From Terriglobia bacterium (GTDB lineage: Bacteria; Acidobacteriota; Terriglobia; 20CM-2-55-15), in NCBI GenBank assembly GCA_963664115.2, contig CAXWPJ010000009.1, positions 128,001 to 192,000 of the forward strand: a DNA stretch of 64,000 bases. The letters run 5' to 3'. The notes below the pieces were generated by a model. It was not told where the DNA came from. It did no database searches and was given only the letters and a program-made list of their open reading frames with translations. Of this stretch, positions 53,822-63,815 are shown one piece after another (position 1 is the first letter of the stretch; each line of letters starts with the position of its first letter). Position numbers and translations under genes: made by a program.

Positions 53822-54915
53822 TTGAAGAAGTCGCGAATCTTTTCGATGACGTAGTCGATTTCTGTTTCTTCCAGCTCCGGATATATCGGCAGAGCCAGAC
53901 AGGTGCGGGCCGTTTCTTCAGCTCGAGGGAAGTCCCCGGGTGAACCGCATACAGCACCCAGTCCCCGCTGGAGATGCAAGGGAATGGAGTAGTAGATCCC
54001 GGTTCCGATCCCGTGGCCCGACAAGTTTTCCTTGAGAGCGTCCCTTTCGGACGTTCGGATCACAAACTGATTGTACACGGCTTCATTGTGAGGGCTTGGT
54101 GTTGGAAGCGTGACCATTCCTTCCAGCCTTTCCGAATATTGTTGTGCAATCTGACGCCGCCGCTCGTTCCATTCGCCCACGTAGGGCAGCCGGACCGATA
54201 TCGCGGCTGCCTGGAGGGAATCCAAACGGCTGTTGATACCCAGCACGTTGTGTTCGTGTTCGTTCTCGAGTCCATGTGCTCGGAGCAGGCGCAGGCGGTC
54301 TGCCGTCCCCGAGTCATGGGTTACGACCATGCCGGCATCCCCGATCGCTGCCAGGTTTTTCGTCGGGTAGAAGGATAAGCACCCGCAGAAGCCCATCGTT
54401 CCCGCCGCTCGACCACGATGTTTCGCTCCGAATGCCTGTGCGACATCTTCGATGATGAGGACGCCATGGTCCGCTGCGATGGCCTGGATTCGGAGCATGT
54501 CGGCGCAGTCGCCGAAAAGGTGGGTCACGATCACAGCGCGCGTGCTGGGGGTGATTTTGCGCCGGATATCATCGGGATCGATCTGAAAAGTTTGAAAGTC
54601 GATATCCGCAAAGACAACCCGCGCTCCGAGACGCACCGCCGATGAGGCCGTCGAAAAGAAACTGAATGCCGGGACGATGACCTCAGCACCGGGGCCGATT
54701 TCTGCAGCCATCAGTGCCAGCATCAGGGCGTCCGAACCGTTCGCGACGCCGATCCCCTGCTCGGTGGAGAGAGTCTCTGCGACAGCAGCTTCCGCCCGCT
54801 CGACCGCGGGACCTAGGATAAACTGTTGAGAGTCTATGACTTCCATCAGCGCGGTGCCCAGTTCCTCGCGAATACGGGCTGTCTGTCGTTTGAGATCGAA
54901 GAACGGTACTTTCAT
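53818..54915 (-). CDS. DegT/DnrJ/EryC1/StrS sugar aminotransferase (WbpE-like)
   Basis: ANGSDAL, IEDVAQAFG, SFYPTKNLAAIGDAG (PLP Lys), GINSRLDSLQAA. Confidence 0.93.
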   Translation of the reverse strand: MKVPFFDLKRQTARIREELGTALMEVIDSQQFILGPAVERAEAAVAETLSTEQGIGVANGSDALMLALMAAEIGPGAEVIVPAFSFFSTASSAVRLGARVVFADIDFQTFQIDPDDIRRKITPSTRAVIVTHLFGDCADMLRIQAIAADHGVLIIEDVAQAFGAKHRGRAAGTMGFCGCLSFYPTKNLAAIGDAGMVVTHDSGTADRLRLLRAHGLENEHEHNVLGINSRLDSLQAAAISVRLPYVGEWNERRRQIAQQYSERLEGMVTLPTPSPHNEAVYNQFVIRTSERDALKENLSGHGIGTGIYYSIPLHLQRGLGAVCGSPGDFPRAEETARTCLALPIYPELEETEIDYVIEKIRDFFK

Positions 54916-55065
54916 TGAATGTGCAGTGATGCTGGAATGAAATCGTTGGTCTTCAGGGACGAATGTCCCATAATATTCCGGTTAAACGTGTGTGCGCGTT
55001 GGCCGTCTAAACGGGTTAGCGTATTTGGTTTGAAGCTCTAAATCAACCTGCCGCTCTACTGGGAG

Positions 55066-55980
55066 TTGGCGCTGGAGCCGAGGACGCTCCGAACAATACG
55101 AAATGGAGTTGAGATGCCGCAGATGATGACTCGAATGATGTTCTCACGACGAATAGCGCCCTTCATGTTCAGCTTTTTGCTGATTCCAGTTCTCATTTCC
55201 ATCCCTGCACGAGCCCAGGATGGTGGCTTGAGGGACGAACAACCCCCCATTCCTGTAGAGGAAATTATCAGCCAGTTTGCGAGCATGGAGTCGGAGTTCA
55301 GGTCGGCCCGTGGCAACTATACCTATCGCCAGGACGTTACGGTCCAGGAATTGAACGCGCGCGACCGCGTGATCGGCGAATACCATATGATCAGCGATAT
55401 TCTCTTCGAGCCCGACGGTCTCTCGAGGACAGAGAAAGTCGTCTTCGCACCTCCGAGTACGCTCGAGGGCATTCAGCTCACGCCACAGGACCTGGACGAT
55501 ATTCGCGACATCCAACCTTTCGTTCTTACGACGGAAGACCTGGATCTTTACGACGTCGAGTATCTTGGAAAGGAACTGATCGACGAGATCGACACCTATG
55601 TTTTCCAGGTCGGCCCGAAAGCGATCGAAGACGGCGAGCGATATTTCGAGGGTCAGATCTGGGTGGATGATCTCGACCTTCAGATTGTAAAGACATACGG
55701 CAAGGCCGTGCCCGACATCACGGAAAACGGCCAGGAGAACCTGTTTCCGCGTTTCGAGACTTACCGGGAACAGATCGACGACTATTGGTTCCCGACGTAT
55801 ACCCGGGCCGTCGACACCTTGAATTTCTCTAGCGGCCCCAAAAAGATCCGCCAGGTGATCCGGTATGAAGACTACAAGCAATTCGCTTCAGACGTCACCT
55901 TCACCTTCGGTGACGAGATCGAGGACGAAGCGGGCGCCGACTCTGTGGATTCCACGGACCCAGCACCTCCTGAGCAGTAG
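55066..55980 (+). CDS. Conserved hypothetical exported protein
   Basis: Long acidic ORF with signal peptide ending ARA-Q (real start probably a downstream ATG); RYFEGQIWVD, LFPRFETYRE, YWFPTYT blocks. Confidence 0.75.
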   Translation: MALEPRTLRTIRNGVEMPQMMTRMMFSRRIAPFMFSFLLIPVLISIPARAQDGGLRDEQPPIPVEEIISQFASMESEFRSARGNYTYRQDVTVQELNARDRVIGEYHMISDILFEPDGLSRTEKVVFAPPSTLEGIQLTPQDLDDIRDIQPFVLTTEDLDLYDVEYLGKELIDEIDTYVFQVGPKAIEDGERYFEGQIWVDDLDLQIVKTYGKAVPDITENGQENLFPRFETYREQIDDYWFPTYTRAVDTLNFSSGPKKIRQVIRYEDYKQFASDVTFTFGDEIEDEAGADSVDSTDPAPPEQ

Positions 55981-55990
55981 GTAGAGTGTT

Positions 55991-56023
55991 CCGGATGGGT
56001 CAGCGAACTACCGGCCCATCCGG
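55991..56023 (+). terminator. Hairpin downstream of the hypothetical gene (possible terminator)
   Basis: CCGGATGGG...CCCATCCGG 9-bp stem; no clear poly-T tail. Confidence 0.35.
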
Positions 56024-56115
56024 TCTATAACTCCCGACAACCACAGCAGATAAGCCTCCCTTCCTCCAATTCCCCCTGTGCTAAACTGATATCGAAATTC
56101 GGATAAGGAGTCACT

Positions 56116-56862
56116 ATGTCGGGCCATTCCAAGTGGCACAGTATCAAACACAAGAAGGCCGCGACCGATGCGAAGCGGGGCAGATCATTCACGAAGGTGA
56201 TCAAGGAAATCACGATCGCCGCGCGACTCGGAGGCGGAGATGCTGAAGCCAACCCGAGGTTGCGTAAAGCTGTCAGCGACGCGAAAGCGCTGAACATGCC
56301 CGCCGATAACATCAAGCGCGCCATCATGAAGGGGACGGGTGAGCTGGAAGGTACCGCGATTGAAGAGATCGTATACGAAGCTTATGGCCCGGGAGGGGTG
56401 GCGGTGATGGTCGAGGTGCTGACTGATAATCGAAACCGAACCGTGAGTGAACTGCGTTATGTCCTGAGCAAAAACGGTGGAAATCTGGGCGAGAGCGGTT
56501 GTGTAGCCTGGATGTTCACGAAACGCGGCTACATCCGGGTGCCGTCAGCGAATCTGGACGAAGAGACCGCAATGAATGCTGCAATTGAAGCGGGTGCGGA
56601 AGACTTCACGGCCCAGGGAGATCAGTACGAAATCCTGACCGAACCCGAATCGTTCCATGCGGTTCTTGGAGAGCTCAAAGAAAAGGGTATCGAGCCCGAA
56701 ACGGCCGAACTTTCCATGATCCCTCAGAACTACATCAAACTTGAGGGCAAACCTGCCCACCAGATGATTAAGCTGATGGACGCGCTCGACGACCACGAGG
56801 ACGTCCAGAACGTGTACGCAAATTTCGACATCGAAGAGTCGGAACTCGCTGACGTTATGTAG
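56116..56862 (+). CDS. yebC: YebC/PmpR-family protein
   Basis: [47 protein letters not shown]. Confidence 0.97.
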   Translation: MSGHSKWHSIKHKKAATDAKRGRSFTKVIKEITIAARLGGGDAEANPRLRKAVSDAKALNMPADNIKRAIMKGTGELEGTAIEEIVYEAYGPGGVAVMVEVLTDNRNRTVSELRYVLSKNGGNLGESGCVAWMFTKRGYIRVPSANLDEETAMNAAIEAGAEDFTAQGDQYEILTEPESFHAVLGELKEKGIEPETAELSMIPQNYIKLEGKPAHQMIKLMDALDDHEDVQNVYANFDIEESELADVM

Positions 56863-56898
56863 CTTCCGTAGCGAGCCGCGTTCCCGGGCCCCTTTACT

Positions 56899-57396
56899 AT
56901 GAGGATTCTTGGAGTAGATTGCGGTTCCAGGGTGACCGGGTACGGTGTGATCGAAACCGGGACAGATAGCTATCGCTACGTGGATTGCGGCGCGATCCGG
57001 ACCAAGGCATCCGATCCTCTGGCTCTGCGCCTGCAATCGATACATGCTGGTCTCCAGGAAATCATTCGGGACCACACACCTGACGTGGCCGCGTTCGAAA
57101 GCATCTTTCATGCAGCCAACGTTCAGAGCGCCCTCAAACTCGGTCACGCGAGAGGCGTATCCTTGTTCGCGGCGGCGCAGGCAGGACTTCCGGTTTACGA
57201 GTATTCCGCCCTCCAGGTGAAGTCTGCGGTGACCGGTTACGGCCGAGCTGAGAAGGTTCAGGTGCAGCAGATGGTGCGATCCCTGCTGCGGCTCGCCGAA
57301 GTCCCGGAACCTCACGATGCATCCGACGCGCTGGCTGTAGCAATTTGCCACGCGCAGAGCTACAAATTTGAGGAGGCGACCGCCATCCGTGACTAA
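56899..57396 (+). CDS. ruvC: Crossover junction endodeoxyribonuclease RuvC
   Basis: ILGVDCGSRVTGYG, AFESIF, VKSAVTGYGRAEK, DASDALAVAICH. Confidence 0.96.
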   Translation: MRILGVDCGSRVTGYGVIETGTDSYRYVDCGAIRTKASDPLALRLQSIHAGLQEIIRDHTPDVAAFESIFHAANVQSALKLGHARGVSLFAAAQAGLPVYEYSALQVKSAVTGYGRAEKVQVQQMVRSLLRLAEVPEPHDASDALAVAICHAQSYKFEEATAIRD

Positions 57397-58012
57397 TTTG
57401 ATTCTCATTTCAGTTCTGGCGCTCCTTCCCCAGATCGACTTCACGACATTCAGCTTTTGCCGTGACGGCCTGGGCGGTACCGGCGACCTGCAGTGCATCC
57501 GACTCGACGCCTCGGGCCAGGGCACCTTCATGCTGACGTACGCAGATGCCGATACAGTAGAAGAGGAGCTTCGCTTGTCGGTATCGGGAACCCGTAAGTT
57601 CATCGATTTGCTGGCGGCAACCGAATATCTGGCGGATGCGGATACATACGATTCCGGCCGGGAGGTGCTGAGCCTTGGGCTCAAAACCCTGACGCTGGAA
57701 GGGCCTGCGGGAAACCGGGAAGCGGCTTTCTACGTGGCCACTCCGCGTGAAGCAAGCGAACTGGCTGCGTTTTTCGACCGCTTGATCATCCAGGAGATGC
57801 TCCTGCTCGACATTGAGTCCGCCTTGCAGTTCGATCGCTTAGGCATCCCGGGCAGGTTGGATCAGATCGAAAGAGACCTCGGCCGGGACCGGCTGGCCGA
57901 CGCGCTGCGACTGATTCCTGTGCTCGAGCGTATCGCTGCCGACACCCGGTTGGTCAACTATGCGCGTACGACGGCTACGCGACTGAAGGAAGAGATTGAG
58001 GCAAGGTACTGA
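57389..58012 (+). CDS. Hypothetical exported protein
   Basis: GTG 57389 overlapping the ruvC end, hydrophobic N-terminus, Cys pair; fills the gap in a co-directional run. Confidence 0.65.
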   Translation: MTNLILISVLALLPQIDFTTFSFCRDGLGGTGDLQCIRLDASGQGTFMLTYADADTVEEELRLSVSGTRKFIDLLAATEYLADADTYDSGREVLSLGLKTLTLEGPAGNREAAFYVATPREASELAAFFDRLIIQEMLLLDIESALQFDRLGIPGRLDQIERDLGRDRLADALRLIPVLERIAADTRLVNYARTTATRLKEEIEARY

Positions 58013-58015
58013 AGC

Positions 58016-58711
58016 GTGATCCGAATTCTCATCACATTACTCACACTCTCGCTGGTCTTACCGGTCTTGGGCCAAGATAGTCCTCAAGACGTTGCTCAGG
58101 GTGGGGCCCGGATCGTAGCGCGCGGCGACGTCGTAGAAATTACCGATGGAGCTTCTGAGCGCTATAGTGTGCAAGATCCGCTGGAGGAAGGCGATTTGCT
58201 TCGGACGGGGCCTGCGTCTTTCGCTGTGATCGATTTGAATCCTGGATTCCGATTGACGATTGGGCCTGATTCCGTCGTTGGACTGGAATCGTTCGGTACC
58301 GTGCCGGCTATCCGCCTGGAGCAGGGTAGAGTCCGCGTTCAGACCCACTCGGGGGCTCTTCGCGTCCAGTCTTCGGTCGGTGATTTCATAGTGTCGGAGG
58401 TTCCAGGCGAAGCGGAACTGGAACTCTCAGAGGGCAGAGTCATTCTCCAGGTGCTTTCCGGAGGTCTCACGATGGAAAACGTGAATGCGGAAGATGTAGT
58501 CTTTCGAGCGCCAGGCCAGCGCGCCGCTCGTAGCTATCAGGCAGGCTCGATCATAGGTTCCGGGGACGGAGAACAGTCCAACTATTCCTACGGTCCGAAC
58601 GGCTATGGCTGGTATCCAAACGTCTATGTTGGATACCCCGGGTTTCCGTATGAAGCTCCCCTCGACACACGACCCACCGAAGTTCGTCCCCGCCCCGGCC
58701 GCCGTCGGTAA
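58016..58711 (+). CDS. FecR-domain secreted protein
   Basis: Signal peptide; PLEEGDLLRTGPASFAVIDL, LTIGPDSVV, IRLEQGRVRV typical of FecR beta-domains. Confidence 0.72.
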   Translation: MIRILITLLTLSLVLPVLGQDSPQDVAQGGARIVARGDVVEITDGASERYSVQDPLEEGDLLRTGPASFAVIDLNPGFRLTIGPDSVVGLESFGTVPAIRLEQGRVRVQTHSGALRVQSSVGDFIVSEVPGEAELELSEGRVILQVLSGGLTMENVNAEDVVFRAPGQRAARSYQAGSIIGSGDGEQSNYSYGPNGYGWYPNVYVGYPGFPYEAPLDTRPTEVRPRPGRRR

Positions 58712-58755
58712 CAAATTCCGACAGTTAAAAGTCGGCCTTCAGGGTTGCAAGCATC

Positions 58756-58845
58756 AAAGCCTTCGTGACCTTCGTGTCTTCGTGTTAAAAAAGTCTTTGA
58801 GTTAAAAAAGCCTTCGCGTCTTCGCGCCTTTGCGGTGAAAAAGTC
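58756..58845. repeat. Two ~40-bp REP-like units with internal CTTCGYG periodicity
   Basis: AAAGCCTTCGTGACCTTCGTGTCTTCGTGTTAAAAAAGTC (58756-58795) and AAAGCCTTCGCGTCTTCGCGCCTTTGCGGTGAAAAAGTC (58807-58845) between convergent genes. Confidence 0.7.
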
Positions 58846-59664
58846 TCAGGAAACGATCACCCCCGCATACCCCACCACACGATCCCTATCCCCGAACGCA
58901 TCCCCTGAAGTAGCGTAGCGGACCAACTCGGCATTGGATGCGCCCAGCCGATTGGCCGCGACCAGCATTGCCGTTGCAGGCCCGACCCCGCACATGGAAA
59001 TCCCTTCCGAGAGAACGACGTTATAGAGTCCGTCCGCGTCTCGCACCAACATGCGGTCGATCGCTTTTCTGTCCTTGACCCTCGTCGGGCCCTCGGCTTC
59101 GTAGTGGTTCATGTCGCTCGAGGCGATGATCAGGATGTCATCGGAGCTTTCACCGATGACCTTGGCCATCGCATCGCCAAGATGTTTGAGCACTCCGAGG
59201 TCGGAAGTTCCGACTGTGATCGGTACGAATCGTAGATCGGACTCGGTCAGAAACTGAAGAAACGGCAGCTGAACTTCCAGTGCGTGCTCAGACCGATGGG
59301 CTTCGGTGTCCTCTTCAAGATCGGGGTCCAGTGCCATCAGTCGCACCGCCAGGTCCGTGTCGATGGCGACGTTTCCGATGGGCGTTTCCCATTCACCCGT
59401 ACTTACTATGGCCAGGGGTCGGCCAAGTCCCGTGTGGTTGGGGCAAAGGATGATGAAGCGCTCGGGCAGCTGAAGACGGGAGTAGACGGCTCCCGCGACT
59501 TGGCCCGAATAAACATAGCCAGCGTGGGGGACGACGATCCCAAGTGCGCGCCCAGCTGTGGGGTGGGGTTCTTCCCCGGGGGACGTAACAGCTCGGAGGG
59601 TTTCCTCAAGGGCGGCGCGATCTTCCGGATAAAAGGTACCGGCAACGGTCGGCGGGCGAATCAT
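58846..59664 (-). CDS. AmmeMemoRadiSam system protein B (MEMO1 family)
   Basis: RPPTVAGTFYP, VPHAGYVYSG, PNHTG, EHALEVQLPFLQ, ASSDMNHY, SMCGVGP, VVGYAG. Confidence 0.93.
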   Translation of the reverse strand: MIRPPTVAGTFYPEDRAALEETLRAVTSPGEEPHPTAGRALGIVVPHAGYVYSGQVAGAVYSRLQLPERFIILCPNHTGLGRPLAIVSTGEWETPIGNVAIDTDLAVRLMALDPDLEEDTEAHRSEHALEVQLPFLQFLTESDLRFVPITVGTSDLGVLKHLGDAMAKVIGESSDDILIIASSDMNHYEAEGPTRVKDRKAIDRMLVRDADGLYNVVLSEGISMCGVGPATAMLVAANRLGASNAELVRYATSGDAFGDRDRVVGYAGVIVS

Positions 59665-59707
59665 AAACTACCCTGGAACGACAGTGCGTGCGTGAACTGC
59701 GATTCAG

Positions 59708-60748
59708 CTACTCGCCGACGGAATTGTAGAAGCCCCTCTTGTGGCGAACTTTCAGCTCGTCCAGGTCTCCGTCCTGATCCACATCCACGTCGTCGACTTC
59801 GATACGTAACTCTCGCAGATCGTTGTCTTCTTCGAGATCTCTCGGCACAAATCCCAGGCTGTACTGGTTCCTCAGATGGATGCCGACGGTTTCGTAGATG
59901 CCGGGGTATTCCCCATCAAATCGCGGGAAGAAGGCTGTGCCGCCCGTGATCCGTGCCAGGGTCTGTAGCGCGTTTTTTGCCTGGAGCATCTGCATTCGGG
60001 CGATGTTACCCATGCGGCTTTCGTTAAAAAGAAAGAAAGACTGGCCCATACCCACAGGGTAGATCATCGTGTCGGAGGACTCCGCCTGCCGAAGCATGTC
60101 GTTGTAGTTTCGTTTGCTGAAGGTATCGATGCCGCTGCTCAACAGGAAGATCGCCTTCTTTCCCTCGATGTTTTCCAACCGGTCAAGCGTGAAGCCGACA
60201 GCGTCGTACAGAGATGTTTCCCTGAAGCCGGGAAACTGGAGGCTCCGGAGGCCGTTAAACAGCTCGTTCTGGTTTTGCGTGAAGTCGGTGACGATCTGGG
60301 GCCGGATGTCGTAGCTGATGATAGCCGCCCAGTCGTTCTCCCGTAGCGACTGAATGAACCCAGCTGAAGGGCCGATCACGTCGTCGTAGTAGTAGGTGAA
60401 CGTGTCGCCAAACTCAATCACGATGACGACCGTCAGTGGTGTGTCCGTCGGGCTGAAATTTGTGACCAGCTGTTCTTCGTCGTCTACGAAGACACGGAAG
60501 TGTTCTCTCTCCAGACCCGAGATCGGGTTGTCGTTTCTGTCGGTTACGACGACATCCACATTGATGACCTCGATGTCGATCGAGAGAGAGAAGCGATCAT
60601 CAACGTCCAGATCCGGGGCCCCGTCCCGTTCCGGAAGCGGCGGGAGCGGGATGTCTGCTCCGACGTTCCGCCTCGGGCCCTGAGCTAGGGCGAAACCCAC
60701 GCCGAACACTATCAAAACGGCCAGAGCAATCAATCGTCTGGGAATCAT
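59708..60748 (-). CDS. VWA-domain protein (acidobacterial VWFA type)
   Basis: Signal peptide; INVDVVVTDR, ETSLYDAV, GKKAIFLLSSGIDT, LARITGGTAFFP, LRNQYSLGF. Confidence 0.88.
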   Translation of the reverse strand: MIPRRLIALAVLIVFGVGFALAQGPRRNVGADIPLPPLPERDGAPDLDVDDRFSLSIDIEVINVDVVVTDRNDNPISGLEREHFRVFVDDEEQLVTNFSPTDTPLTVVIVIEFGDTFTYYYDDVIGPSAGFIQSLRENDWAAIISYDIRPQIVTDFTQNQNELFNGLRSLQFPGFRETSLYDAVGFTLDRLENIEGKKAIFLLSSGIDTFSKRNYNDMLRQAESSDTMIYPVGMGQSFFLFNESRMGNIARMQMLQAKNALQTLARITGGTAFFPRFDGEYPGIYETVGIHLRNQYSLGFVPRDLEEDNDLRELRIEVDDVDVDQDGDLDELKVRHKRGFYNSVGE

Positions 60749-61021
60749 TAGGAAATCTCCTCAGATGCTGTTGCTAGAGCGTACATCGGTCTGCGATACG
60801 ACGCAATATCTTCAGCATCGAATCGCAACGGTGCTTGCATGGGCCGGGGAGAGCCTCGATCCTATCTCTTTAGACGTCGGATGGCAAGAATTGTCGCCAG
60901 TTCGGGTGCCGGGTAGGTTTACATTGGAATATCTGGCCTCGAAGACTATCGTGTTCCCGCACGTTACACGCAGCGAAACGCCGCCTGCAGCCGGGAGGAA
61001 ATCTTTTCGAGGAGACCGCTG

Positions 61022-62368
61022 ATGATTACTGAAAGTGCAATCGTTGCCATTGGAGGCCTGATCGCTGTGATCGCACTCCTGTTCTTGATGATCACGCGCT
61101 TCAAGTGGCACGTGTTCATTGCGCTCCTGGTGCCGATCGTGCTATTTGCCCTGCTGCCGGGCATCGATCGGAGTGCATTCATCACTGCTTTTGAACAGGG
61201 GTTTGGAGGCACGATCGAGAGCATCGCGGTCGTCATCGTGGTCGGATCCATCATTGCGGAAGCGCTCAAGCATACGGGTGGAATCGAACGCATTACGTCT
61301 TCGATGGTCCGTTGGGTGGGAGAGAAGCGCATGCCACTGGCTCTGACAATGAGCGGCTGGATAATTGGCCTGGCCATTTTTTCCGATGTTGGTTATGTGA
61401 TTCTCAATCCACTCGTCCATTCTGCCGCGCTCAAGAGCGCTCTGAACATGAGTGTCATGGCCACGGGCCTGGTTGGCGCGATGCAGATGACACACGCGAT
61501 GGTTCCGCCCACGCCGGGCCCGTTGGCGGCCGCTGCGCTGGTCGGTGCCGATCTGGGGACGGTGATCGTCTACGGAGGACTGGCAACCTTGATCGCTTCC
61601 TTGGCGGGTTGGGTTTTTGCCCTGGTGGCCGGACCCCATATCGTCTCTCCACCTTCGGAAGAATTCGTCGGCAAATCGCTCATCGAACAGGGACGGGAAT
61701 CGGAATTGCCTTCAACGTGGCGGGCCTACGCACCCATCCTCATTCCCTTGACCCTGATCGCGGGACAGAGCGCTGCGCGACTGATGTTGTCTGAAGATCA
61801 CATCGTCAACGCGGTGATGCTCTATCTGGGATGGCCCGTTGTGGCTCTCGGCATCGGTGTCCTGCTGGCGTACCGGAATACCACCCCGGACCAGGGGGCG
61901 GCCCGCACTGGCGAATGGGTCGAGAACGCGCTCCGGACCTCAGCCATGATCATCATGGTCACAGGCCTGGGCGGCGCGCTGAGTCAGATCCTTCGCGGAA
62001 CGCCGGCTGTCGAAACGATCGCCACTGCCGTTGCGTTCACGGGCTTGCCTGCGATCTTCCTGCCATTCGTTCTGGGCATCGTCGGCAACGTGATCACGGG
62101 CTCGACAACGGTAGGCGTTATCACTGCAGCGTCCGTGGTCGCTCCGATCATGGGTACGCTGGGCCTCAGCCCCGAGGCGACGATGTTGGCCGGCGCCGCC
62201 GGTTCGATCATCATCAAATTTCCCAACTCGAGCTACTTCTGGGTCTGTACTTCGCTTTCAAGGATGTCTTTGAAGGCTGCCCTGATGTCGTACGGGGGTG
62301 TGACCTTCGTGAACGGGACCGTCGCAATGGTGGTGGTGTATGCGTTGTGGGCGGCGGGTCTGATCTGA
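61022..62368 (+). CDS. GntP-family permease
   Basis: KWHVFIALL, GFGGTI, IFSDVGYVIL, THAMVPPTPGPLAAA, GSTTVG, NSSYFWV. Confidence 0.92.
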   Translation: MITESAIVAIGGLIAVIALLFLMITRFKWHVFIALLVPIVLFALLPGIDRSAFITAFEQGFGGTIESIAVVIVVGSIIAEALKHTGGIERITSSMVRWVGEKRMPLALTMSGWIIGLAIFSDVGYVILNPLVHSAALKSALNMSVMATGLVGAMQMTHAMVPPTPGPLAAAALVGADLGTVIVYGGLATLIASLAGWVFALVAGPHIVSPPSEEFVGKSLIEQGRESELPSTWRAYAPILIPLTLIAGQSAARLMLSEDHIVNAVMLYLGWPVVALGIGVLLAYRNTTPDQGAARTGEWVENALRTSAMIIMVTGLGGALSQILRGTPAVETIATAVAFTGLPAIFLPFVLGIVGNVITGSTTVGVITAASVVAPIMGTLGLSPEATMLAGAAGSIIIKFPNSSYFWVCTSLSRMSLKAALMSYGGVTFVNGTVAMVVVYALWAAGLI

Positions 62369-62531
62369 CGAGGGTTGCTTGGTTCTTTCGCTCGTATCGA
62401 AGGTTCAGATTGAAGGTCTCGAAGGCCGCGCGCGTCGTTCAATGTCAGAAGCTGAGGCGTTCCCGCATGCAGGCTTGCGCTTGTCTTGAATTGTTGTCGC
62501 GAAGAGTCCGATACACTTTATGGGAAGCGGG

Positions 62532-63749
62532 TTAGCCGAGTGAGAAACTCTGCTCCGCCATATTGACGATGTAGCGGCCGATGACGAGCGAGGAGGTTGC
62601 CCCCGGAGAAGGTGCGTTGAGTACGTGGACTGCGTTGGGTGTCTGTTCGATACGGAAGTCATCCAGAAGAGAACCATCAGGCGCCACTGCCTGCGCCCGG
62701 ACGCCGGAGCCTCCCGGACCCAGATCGCTTGATGTCACTTCGGGTATCAGCTGCTGAAGGCTTTTGACGAACACGCTCTTCCTGAACGACCTGTTGATTT
62801 CCCACACAGCGATCTTCCATTCGCGAAGCGCCAGTCGCCAGAATCCCGGGTAAGCCAAAGTGTTGGCGAATTCGACGAGTGAGATGTCCCTCTTGCGGTA
62901 ACCCTCCCTTTTCGTTGCGAGCACAGCGTTTGGTCCCGCCTCCACAATGCCCTTCATCGTTTGTGTGAAGTGGACTCCCAGAAAGGGAAAATTCGGATCG
63001 GGAACTGGATATATCAGGCCTTTGACCAGGGATTCCTTTTCTTTGATCAGCGTGTAGTACTCACCCCGAAACGGGATGATTCTGAGGTTCGGCCGCACAC
63101 CCATCATTTGAGCCACGATGTCGGAATGCAGTCCGGCGCAGTTGACGACGTTCCGTGTCTTGAACTCTCCTGCATCGCTTTCGAGGATCGTTTCGCCTGC
63201 GGCCTTTATGACCCGTTTCAAGCGGGTGTTGAACTGTGCGTTCCCGCCATTCCGCTGCACCTTGTCTAAATAGACCCGGGCCACCTTACGAAAGTCGACG
63301 ATGCCGGTTCCGGGAGCCCACAGGGCCTTGATGGCGCGGACATGGGGTTCGATTTCCTGGATCCGTTCAGGTCCGACCAGTTCCAGTCCCTCGACCTCAT
63401 TTGCCATTCCACGTTCAAGAAGTGACTGGAGTCGCGGTATTTCCTCTTCGCGCGTTGCAACGATCAACTTGCCGCATGTCCATGTTGGGACCTCGTTGTC
63501 GACGCAGAACTGTGTCATCGAAGCGCGACCTTCGACACAAAACCGCGCCTTGAACGATCCCGGCTTGTAGTAGATCCCTGAGTGAATCACACCGCTGTTG
63601 TGGCCGGATTGCTGGGATGCGGGATGCGGATCTTTTTCGATGATGCAAACGCGCAGATCCGGGTGCCGCTCGAGCAGGTGCATTGCGGTTGAGAGGCCGA
63701 TCAGTCCGGCACCGATCACGGTTACATCGTATCGTTGGGTCGTCGCCAA
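62532..63749 (-). CDS. lhgO: L-2-hydroxyglutarate oxidase
   Basis: IGAGLIGL, QSGHNSGVIHSGIYYKPGS, PFRGEY, IYPVPDPNFPFLGVH, GVRAQAV, LNAPSPGATSSL. Confidence 0.93.
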   Translation of the reverse strand: MATTQRYDVTVIGAGLIGLSTAMHLLERHPDLRVCIIEKDPHPASQQSGHNSGVIHSGIYYKPGSFKARFCVEGRASMTQFCVDNEVPTWTCGKLIVATREEEIPRLQSLLERGMANEVEGLELVGPERIQEIEPHVRAIKALWAPGTGIVDFRKVARVYLDKVQRNGGNAQFNTRLKRVIKAAGETILESDAGEFKTRNVVNCAGLHSDIVAQMMGVRPNLRIIPFRGEYYTLIKEKESLVKGLIYPVPDPNFPFLGVHFTQTMKGIVEAGPNAVLATKREGYRKRDISLVEFANTLAYPGFWRLALREWKIAVWEINRSFRKSVFVKSLQQLIPEVTSSDLGPGGSGVRAQAVAPDGSLLDDFRIEQTPNAVHVLNAPSPGATSSLVIGRYIVNMAEQSFSLG

Positions 63750-63815
63750 GGATTCTCCTTTCAGGGTTCACTGACGGTGAATTGGGATCCACACATACCC
63801 CGAAGTACATTACCA

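Noticed and set aside
52499-54915. Complete di-N-acetylated uronic acid (WbpA-B-E-D-I) pathway
   Set aside because: Only WbpA-like and WbpE-like genes are present here, so the product cannot be inferred.
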